A DNA stretch of 64,000 nt, from contig JAJDNK010000061.1 of the NCBI GenBank assembly GCA_022340715.1, forward strand, positions 633 to 64,632, read 5' to 3'. The position numbers and the translations under genes were made by a program. Below, one piece after another: positions 57,390-64,000 of this stretch; positions within the stretch are counted from its first letter, which is position 1, and the number at the start of each line of letters is the position of its first letter. The notes beneath the pieces were generated by a model. The model had not been told where the DNA came from. It did not search any database and saw only the letters and a list, made by a program, of their open reading frames with translations. This stretch comes from a bacterium BMS3Abin03 (GTDB lineage Bacteria > Bacteroidota > Ignavibacteria > Ignavibacteriales > Ignavibacteriaceae).

Positions 57390-58670
57390 TTATTTGGTAT
57401 AAAAATCAATCATTCGTTGTAATGCCCTTTTGCAAACCGGGCAAAAGTTATCGTAGCTTATAGATTTCATGGTACAGTCTTCATAAGGTCGGTAAACACC
57501 TTTTGCTACATAACCGCCACCTTCAAACACACCTACTTTATCTTTGTACTCAGGAGTATCAGGTGTTGGAATTGGTATGCTATCCTCCACGAGATCTTTC
57601 CATTTAGAATCGAAATCGACTAACGTAGTTATATTCGGATCCAAAGGTTCAATATCAGTCGGATAAAAATCTTGATAAGCAACATCGGATGTATAATATT
57701 CATCTGCAAGAGAGCCAAAGCCATGACCAAATTCATGAACAACAATATATTCAGCAAACCTGCTATCCATTGCACAAACAGAATAATGATTGTAAATAGA
57801 TCCGCCGCCATATTTTTTCGTATTTACCAGAATATATATCTGATCATACGGCGCATAAGATGCAACATCTCTAAGACTTTTATTATCTGCAGTCATCAGG
57901 TATCTATCAAGATCGAATGTATAAAAAGATGTGTTAACCACTGTATTTTTCCAGATATCATTTGCTGGAATATCTGTTCCTGATTCTTCTGAGGGTGCAA
58001 TGATCCCCCTAATATTAAACTTATCTTTATTTTCCCTATACGGTGAGCAACCGAAAAGATATCCGGCAAATTTATCGCAGTCTTTTTTGAATTTATCTAT
58101 TTCGTCTTCAGTATAACCTTCTGGAACAAGTACGATATCCACACAAATTGCAGGATCACCTGAAATTATTACATCAAAATTACTGTACTTTTTGCTACGT
58201 TCTGTTTTTATAAAGTAGTTATCGGGATCTACTATATATTCAAATTTTTTCACAGGTTCGTTCTTTTTGTTTCTGTCATAAAATTCAACTATCACTGTTT
58301 TTTTAGGATAAGGAAAAATAATAGTTTCGCTGAAAGATTTAACTGTTTGTTTAGCTTCTTCTGTCGTCTGCCACTCACCGAATAATGTTGAGTACGTTCT
58401 TGAATAAATCAATTGATTACTTGTTGTATCAATTACCCTAAATATATATTTACCGTAATTAAACCAGTCTATTAAATTCACTTTTGAACCACCCCAGAAT
58501 GGTTCTTCCTTTAATTCATCAAATGAATATGAATCACTTTCATTATTGCCGGTGTGGTAATAATCCAGACGAAGAGTTTTATCGTAAAAGTAATCATCAA
58601 AATTTATCTGGGCCGAAATAAAATTTGCGATAAGCACAGAAATAAAAATTGATATCGGTAGAATTCGCAT
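57390..58670 (-). CDS. M64-family (IgA-peptidase-like) metallopeptidase
   Basis: 426 aa with a signal peptide and the zinc motif VVHEFGHGFGSLADEY. Confidence 0.8.
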   Translation of the reverse strand: MRILPISIFISVLIANFISAQINFDDYFYDKTLRLDYYHTGNNESDSYSFDELKEEPFWGGSKVNLIDWFNYGKYIFRVIDTTSNQLIYSRTYSTLFGEWQTTEEAKQTVKSFSETIIFPYPKKTVIVEFYDRNKKNEPVKKFEYIVDPDNYFIKTERSKKYSNFDVIISGDPAICVDIVLVPEGYTEDEIDKFKKDCDKFAGYLFGCSPYRENKDKFNIRGIIAPSEESGTDIPANDIWKNTVVNTSFYTFDLDRYLMTADNKSLRDVASYAPYDQIYILVNTKKYGGGSIYNHYSVCAMDSRFAEYIVVHEFGHGFGSLADEYYTSDVAYQDFYPTDIEPLDPNITTLVDFDSKWKDLVEDSIPIPTPDTPEYKDKVGVFEGGGYVAKGVYRPYEDCTMKSISYDNFCPVCKRALQRMIDFYTK

Positions 58671-58712
58671 ATTAATCCTGAATTTAAAGGAGAATCATCA
58701 TCTGGAAATGTA

Positions 58713-59303
58713 TTAACTTTTTACCGGTAATTTTCTTGAGCCAGGTTTCACTAATTCCGAACCATTTTTACATAACGGGCATTCTTCCGGTGAGTATGAT
58801 ATAGCTTCAAGTTTGATTGTACTTAACTGGGGAACTCCAAAATCAACCTTTCCATTACTTCTATCTACAATAAATCCAACTCCGGCAACTTCGGCATTAC
58901 AGGATTTTGCAATATCCATCACTTCGAAAACAGAGCCACCTGTTGTTACTACATCTTCACAAACTAAAACTCTTTCGCCTTCTTTAATAGAAAAGCCTCT
59001 TCTTAAAGTGAGTTTTTTATCCTCACGTTCAGCAAAGATAAATCTTTTATTTATTTGCTTAGCAACTTCATGCCCAACAATAATTCCACCGATTGCCGGA
59101 GCAATAACAACATCAATATTTTTATCGCAGAATTCATCTGCTATAATCGAACATAATTCTTCGGCATAATCAGGATGCTGTAATATTTTAGCACATTGAA
59201 AATACACTTCACTGTGTCGGCCTGAAGTTAAAAGGAAATGACCATGAAGTAATGCATCGGTCTCGTGAAAGGTTCTTAATATATCAACATCATTCCAGCT
59301 CAT
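58713..59303 (-). CDS. pyrE: Orotate phosphoribosyltransferase
   Basis: 196 aa with the PRPP-binding motif VLVCEDVVTTGGS. Confidence 0.9.
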   Translation of the reverse strand: MSWNDVDILRTFHETDALLHGHFLLTSGRHSEVYFQCAKILQHPDYAEELCSIIADEFCDKNIDVVIAPAIGGIIVGHEVAKQINKRFIFAEREDKKLTLRRGFSIKEGERVLVCEDVVTTGGSVFEVMDIAKSCNAEVAGVGFIVDRSNGKVDFGVPQLSTIKLEAISYSPEECPLCKNGSELVKPGSRKLPVKS

Positions 59304-59601
59304 TCAGAAATCCCTCCATTTCGTTTGCGGTATGTGTATCACCCTGCTCTTTTGCGGCTTTGATTCCTTTCCTGTAAAGATCAGCAGCCTCATCAAAGTT
59401 GTTTAGTTTTTCTTTTATTTGTGCAAGTTGCATATATGCCGGTACATAATCAGGATTTGATTGTAATATTGAAGTCAGATATTTTTCAGCTTTTTTATGT
59501 TTCTCCAAGGAGATATATTCAAGCGCAATTCCATACGCAACAAATGAGTCTTTTGGATCTTTCTGATAGAGCTCAAGAAGTGATTTTAGTCTATCTACCA
59601 T
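59290..59601 (-). CDS. Small TPR-like helical-repeat protein
   Basis: 103 aa with TPR-type helices (AYGIALEYISLEKHKKAEKYL, YMQLAQIKEKLNNFDEAADLYRKGI). Overlaps both neighbours. Confidence 0.6.
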   Translation of the reverse strand: MVDRLKSLLELYQKDPKDSFVAYGIALEYISLEKHKKAEKYLTSILQSNPDYVPAYMQLAQIKEKLNNFDEAADLYRKGIKAAKEQGDTHTANEMEGFLNELE

Positions 59602-59881
59602 TATTTAGCTTCTCAATTCTGTGTGCAAGAATGAAATCTTTTTCTGTAACATCACCTTCACTGTGTGTAGATATTGTTATCTGTACTTTATTCCAAGAAT
59701 GAATAAAAATATCCGGATGATGGTTCAACATTTCAGCAGCTTCACCAATTTTATTTACAAAATCCAGAGCATCTTTAAAATTATTCAACTCATATTCTTT
59801 GCAAATTTGTTTTTCTTTATAGTTCCATCCTTCCAATTCATCGAGCTTTGAATTTATTTTTTCAGGTGGTAATATAGCCAT
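59591..59881 (-). CDS. 4a-hydroxytetrahydrobiopterin (pterin-4-alpha-carbinolamine) dehydratase
   Basis: 96 aa with the family motif AEMLNHHPDIFIHSWNKVQITISTH. Confidence 0.85.
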   Translation of the reverse strand: MAILPPEKINSKLDELEGWNYKEKQICKEYELNNFKDALDFVNKIGEAAEMLNHHPDIFIHSWNKVQITISTHSEGDVTEKDFILAHRIEKLNNGR

Positions 59882-59933
59882 ATTAACCTCAATTTTGGAT
59901 ATTTAAAGATGTGTAAATTTAAAGAAAAAAAAG

Positions 59934-59966
59934 CGTATTTATAAAATACGCTTTTTTAACTTCGAA
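59934..59966. terminator. Bidirectional terminator downstream of clpC
   Basis: Perfect palindrome A8-GCGTATTT-ATA-AAATACGC-T6 (stem 59942-59960), with A and T runs on either side. Confidence 0.75.
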
Positions 59967-59981
59967 AAAATGAAGAAGAAA

Positions 59982-62462
59982 TTAATTTGTATCGGATTTT
60001 TCCGTCTCTAAAGATTCGTCGTAGAAGACTAATTCCTCAGCATTTTCTGCATGCTTGGCGATTATCTTTGTGCCTTCTTTAAATGAACCTCTTAATATTT
60101 CTTCAGCAAGAGGATCTTCAACATATTTTTGTATAGCTCGTTTCAACGGTCTAGCACCGTATTTCTCATCAAAACCTTTATCAACGAGGAATTCTTTTGC
60201 AGTATCATCAAGAACCAGATCCAGCTTGTTTTCTTCAAGATTCTTGAAAAGACCTTTAAGCTCAATCTCTATGATCTGCTTAATATCTTCCCTTGCAAGC
60301 TTGCGGAATACAATTGTATCATCAATCCTGTTTAGAAATTCAGGATTGAAAAGTTTTTTCATAGCATCTTCAACCGTATTTTTCAATTGAGTATGTCTAT
60401 CTTGTTCTTTCTCTTCATCGCTAAATCCAAACGAGCTTATGTTCTTTATATCTCTCGTTCCTATATTCGACGTCATAATGATAATTGTATTCCTGAAATC
60501 GACCTTTCTTCCGAGACTATCAGTAAGTAAACCGTCATCAAGTACCTGAAGAAGTATACTGAAAATATCCGGATGTGCTTTTTCGATCTCATCAAAAAGT
60601 ACAACGGAATATGGTTTTCTTCTTACTTTTTCTGTTAGCTGTCCGCCTTCTTCATATCCAACGTATCCGGGAGGTGCACCAACTAATCTTGAAAGAGAGA
60701 ATTTCTCCATATACTCGCTCATATCGATTCTAACGAGTGAATCTTCGGAATCAAAAAGATACCTTGCAAGTGCTTTACATAATTCGGTTTTACCAACTCC
60801 TGTCGGACCTAAGAATATAAAACTTCCTATTGGTCTGTTAGGATTTTTCAATCCTGCTCTCGTCCTTCTTATTGCTTTAGTCAGCTTGGAAATGGCCTCA
60901 TCCTGCCCAACAATTTGCTCTCTAAGAGCATGATCCATTTTCAACAGCTTTTCGGATTCTGTTTGAGCTATCCGGTTAACAGGAATTCCGGTCATCATCG
61001 CCACAACAGTAGCAATATCGTCTTCTGTAACATCGTGAACGATATCGCGTGTTTTAGCATCCCATTCCCGTTTAGCAGTATCGAGATCAGACTGCAAGTT
61101 ACGCTCTTTATCCCGTAGTTTCGCAGCTTCCTCGTAATCCTGTCTTTTAACCACAGCAGCCTTTTCCTGCCTTACATCTTCTATTTGTTCTTCAAGTTCA
61201 AGTACCTCCTGAGGTACTTCAAAATTCCCCATATGAACCCTTGAACCAGCTTCATCAAGTACGTCAATCGCTTTATCCGGTAAGTGTCTGTCCGTAACAT
61301 ATCGGTTGCTGAGTTTTACAGCTGAATCAACTGCGCTCTTAGAATATCTTACATGATGATGTTCTTCATATTTGAATTTTATCTTTTCAAGTATTTCAAT
61401 TGTTTCTTCGTAACTCGGAGGATCGACCATTACTTTCTGGAATCGTCTGTCGAGTGCACCGTCGGTTTCAACATACTTCCTGTATTCATCTAATGTAGTA
61501 GCACCTATACACTGAATATCCCCACGCGATAAAGCCGGCTTGAACATGTTTGAAGCATCAAGAGAACCGGAAGCACCGCCAGCTCCAACAATTGTGTGCA
61601 ACTCATCAATAAAAAGAATTACATCTTTTGCTTTTTCAAGTTCGTTCATCAACGCTTTCATTCTTTCTTCAAACTGTCCCCTATATTTTGTTCCTGCAAC
61701 CAGGCCAGCAAGATCGAGAGTTACCACTCTTTTTTCCTGCAAAATTCTTGGTACTTTCTTTTGAACAATTCTTAATGCAAGACCTTCAGCAATTGCTGTT
61801 TTACCTACACCGGGTTCACCAATTAATACCGGATTGTTTTTCTTTCTCCGGCTTAAAATCTGGGCAACCCTTTCAATTTCCTTTTCCCTTCCAACAACGG
61901 GATCGAGCTTGTCTTCAATAGCAAGTTTCGTTAAATCCCTGCCAAAATTGTCTAAAACAGGTGTTTTTGTTTTATCAGTTTTTTTATCCTTAGCAATCGT
62001 TCTACTGGAACTATCCCTGGAACCTTTACTGCTTAACATATCATTCAATTCTGAACGTGCTGTATCATATGTAACATTAAACTGATGTAAAATTTGGGTA
62101 GCTATATTATCTTCATCTCTTAATAATGAAAGAAGAAGATGTTCTGTACCGATAACATCAGCTTTATAAATTTTTGATTCTATCTGTGTAATCTTTAATA
62201 CTTTTTCAGCTTGCTTGGTTAACGGAATATTACCAATCGTTAAAGTTCCACCTGAAGTTCTGACAGTATCTTCAATCGCTTTTTTAAGCTTCATAAGATC
62301 ACAATCAAGGTTACGTAATATCCTGACCGCTACACCCTGTCCTTCACGGATAATACCAAGTAAAAGGTGTTCGGTACCGATATAATCGTGTCCTAATCTA
62401 AGCGCTTCTTCACGACTTAACCTTATTACGTCCTGTAACCTATCAGAAAAGTTTCCGTCCAT
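59982..62462 (-). CDS. clpC: ATP-dependent Clp protease ATP-binding subunit ClpC (class I AAA+)
   Basis: 826 aa with two Clp_N repeats, Walker A GEPGVGKTA and GPTGVGKTE, and a UVR-like linker (QEKAAVVKRQDYEEAAKLRDKE). Confidence 0.92.
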   Translation of the reverse strand: MDGNFSDRLQDVIRLSREEALRLGHDYIGTEHLLLGIIREGQGVAVRILRNLDCDLMKLKKAIEDTVRTSGGTLTIGNIPLTKQAEKVLKITQIESKIYKADVIGTEHLLLSLLRDEDNIATQILHQFNVTYDTARSELNDMLSSKGSRDSSSRTIAKDKKTDKTKTPVLDNFGRDLTKLAIEDKLDPVVGREKEIERVAQILSRRKKNNPVLIGEPGVGKTAIAEGLALRIVQKKVPRILQEKRVVTLDLAGLVAGTKYRGQFEERMKALMNELEKAKDVILFIDELHTIVGAGGASGSLDASNMFKPALSRGDIQCIGATTLDEYRKYVETDGALDRRFQKVMVDPPSYEETIEILEKIKFKYEEHHHVRYSKSAVDSAVKLSNRYVTDRHLPDKAIDVLDEAGSRVHMGNFEVPQEVLELEEQIEDVRQEKAAVVKRQDYEEAAKLRDKERNLQSDLDTAKREWDAKTRDIVHDVTEDDIATVVAMMTGIPVNRIAQTESEKLLKMDHALREQIVGQDEAISKLTKAIRRTRAGLKNPNRPIGSFIFLGPTGVGKTELCKALARYLFDSEDSLVRIDMSEYMEKFSLSRLVGAPPGYVGYEEGGQLTEKVRRKPYSVVLFDEIEKAHPDIFSILLQVLDDGLLTDSLGRKVDFRNTIIIMTSNIGTRDIKNISSFGFSDEEKEQDRHTQLKNTVEDAMKKLFNPEFLNRIDDTIVFRKLAREDIKQIIEIELKGLFKNLEENKLDLVLDDTAKEFLVDKGFDEKYGARPLKRAIQKYVEDPLAEEILRGSFKEGTKIIAKHAENAEELVFYDESLETEKSDTN

Positions 62463-62851
62463 TTTGTTTCCTTAATGCGTTTTAGTGATTTTTAATAAGG
62501 TAGTGTCTACCGATATTGCTATATTATAGAAAAATGAAGGAATATCCTAATAGCTTTGAGGTAGATGATCACCCTTATTTGTGATAAATATCATTTATTG
62601 CTGTTTCTAAAATAAACAAAATAAATGCCAAGAGAAGTATAAAAAATTGGTTCGTGATTCATTATTAAAGCATTTCAGTATCTCCCGATTCCGAAAAAGA
62701 TACGATATTTATTACCATAACTCAGAATGATAAGTTCCCTGCTAAAATAATATTATTAGCTATTTGGAGTAAATTCGAATTTTTCGAAATATTCTTTAGA
62801 ATAGACTATATTTGAACACCCATTAAACTCAAATAATTACCGGAGAAAATC

Positions 62852-63844
62852 ATGGAAGCTATGACTGGCTTATCAATCGTTATAATTATTGCAATTTTTC
62901 TATTTATTATCCTGTTTCTTTACTTCATACCTGTACGTCTATACATTGCAGCAATAGCATCAGGTGTAAAGATTAGGATCTTCCAGGATCTGATTGGAAT
63001 GCGCCTGAGAAGAGTTCCTCCAACCGTTATTGTTAACAGTATGATAACGGCAACAAAAGCAGGATTAGAAGTTCTTCAGGGTAAACTTGAAGCACATTAT
63101 TTAGCAGGTGGAAATGTTATTAGAGTAGTTCAGGCTTTGATCTCTGCTGACAAAGCAAATCTCGGTTTATCTTTTGAAAGAGCAGCAGCAATCGATCTTG
63201 CAGGAAGAGATGTTCTGGAAGCTGTTAAGATGTCTGTATTACCAAAAGTGATTGAAACACCTTTGGTAGCTGCAGTAGCAAAAGATGGAATTCAGTTAAA
63301 GGCAATTGCAAGAGTAACGGTGAGAACGAATATTGAAAGACTGGTCGGCGGTGCCGGCGAAGCGACAATACTTGCAAGGGTTGGTGAAGGAATAGTATCA
63401 ACAATCGGTTCAAGTGGAACTCATAAAGAAGTACTTGAAAATCCTGACAGAATTTCCAAGAGTGTATTGGCAAAAGGATTAGATTCCGGAACTGCTTTCG
63501 AAATTCTTTCCATCGATATTGCAGATGTTGATATAGGACAAAACATCGGTGCGATTCTTCAAACCGACCAGGCAGAAGCAGATCTTAAAGTTGCGAGAGC
63601 AAAAGCGGAAGAAAGACGTGCAGCAGCAGTTGCAAGTGAACAGGAGAACTTTGCAGAGGTTGCAAAACAGAGAGCAAGGGTTGTAGAAGCAGAAGCTGAA
63701 ATTCCTAAAGCAATCTCAGAAGCTTTCAGATCAGGTAATCTTGGAATAATGGATTATTACAATCTGAAAAATATTCAGGCTGATACACAGATGCGCGATG
63801 CAATAGCAAAACCGGAAGCAAAAAAGAAAGACGATAATGGATAA
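62852..63844 (+). CDS. floA: Flotillin-like protein FloA (SPFH domain, UPF0365 family)
   Basis: 330 aa with an N-terminal TM helix, then [27 protein letters not shown]...[11 protein letters not shown], typical of FloA/YqfA. Confidence 0.85.
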   Translation: MEAMTGLSIVIIIAIFLFIILFLYFIPVRLYIAAIASGVKIRIFQDLIGMRLRRVPPTVIVNSMITATKAGLEVLQGKLEAHYLAGGNVIRVVQALISADKANLGLSFERAAAIDLAGRDVLEAVKMSVLPKVIETPLVAAVAKDGIQLKAIARVTVRTNIERLVGGAGEATILARVGEGIVSTIGSSGTHKEVLENPDRISKSVLAKGLDSGTAFEILSIDIADVDIGQNIGAILQTDQAEADLKVARAKAEERRAAAVASEQENFAEVAKQRARVVEAEAEIPKAISEAFRSGNLGIMDYYNLKNIQADTQMRDAIAKPEAKKKDDNG

Positions 63845-64000
63845 TTTTTTTGAAATACTTATCTATGTTTTAATAATCGCAACCTTTCTGAGTTCATTAT
63901 TCAGGAAGAAAAAGGTTCCTCAAAAAGAAGGTACAGAAGATACACTGAGAAGACCGGAAACGGACAATCGTCCGGTAACAAGAACGGAAGCAACTCCTAA
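63837..64000 (+). CDS. Partial ORF, small membrane-anchored protein (the 3' end lies outside the window)
   Basis: The ATG at 63837 overlaps the floA stop (ATGGATAA). It translates as [54 protein letters not shown].. and stays open to the window end. Confidence 0.4.
   Translation, partial: MDNFFEILIYVLIIATFLSSLFRKKKVPQKEGTEDTLRRPETDNRPVTRTEATP

Overview
AT-rich bacterial chromosomal segment. The gene content (CarboxypepD_reg-type TonB receptor, M64 peptidase, HMA-AraC regulator, bS22-like mini-protein, strong AAGGAGG Shine-Dalgarno sites) suggests an FCB-group organism, perhaps Ignavibacteria-like; this is inference only. There are three blocks. (1) 1-16.2 kb, minus strand: a complete, almost gap-free dcw cell-division/peptidoglycan cluster, mraZ-rsmH-ftsL-ftsI-murE-murF-mraY-murD-ftsW-murG-[unknown membrane ORF]-murC-ftsQ-ftsA-ftsZ(partial). 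A sigma70-like promoter and three 10-bp-phased MraZ-box repeats lie upstream of mraZ. (2) 16.86-22.98 kb: a ~6-kb integrative island in tRNA-Thr(CGU), bounded by a perfect 72-bp direct repeat (intact tRNA on the right, 5'-truncated copy on the left). It carries a tyrosine-recombinase pseudogene (A10 frameshift plus in-frame TAA) and a plus-strand module of small membrane, zinc-ribbon and MORN-like ORFs. It also carries a minus-strand module of three unrelated small ORFs (STAS, lipoprotein, acidic protein), each followed by a copy of a ~95-100-nt hairpin-containing repeat. That cassette-like repeat arrangement is the most unusual structure in the window. (3) 23-64 kb: mostly ordinary chromosomal genes. 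These include an unannotated 31-aa bS22-like gene, HU, a copper module (HMA-AraC regulator, copZ, copA), an IMPDH/GMPR-family enzyme, pepF, an SLC13 permease, an M23 peptidase and lepB. Further on are a TonB-dependent receptor, an NPP phosphodiesterase, an M16 peptidase pair, a crotonase, truA and an MgtC-family protein. The block ends with two tandem paralogous cytoplasmic hybrid histidine kinases (the first containing an in-frame G10 tract), an aldehyde dehydrogenase, a SpoIIE/PP2C phosphatase, an M64 peptidase, pyrE, a pterin dehydratase, clpC and floA. I saw no rRNA, CRISPR array, transposase or recognisable defence system.
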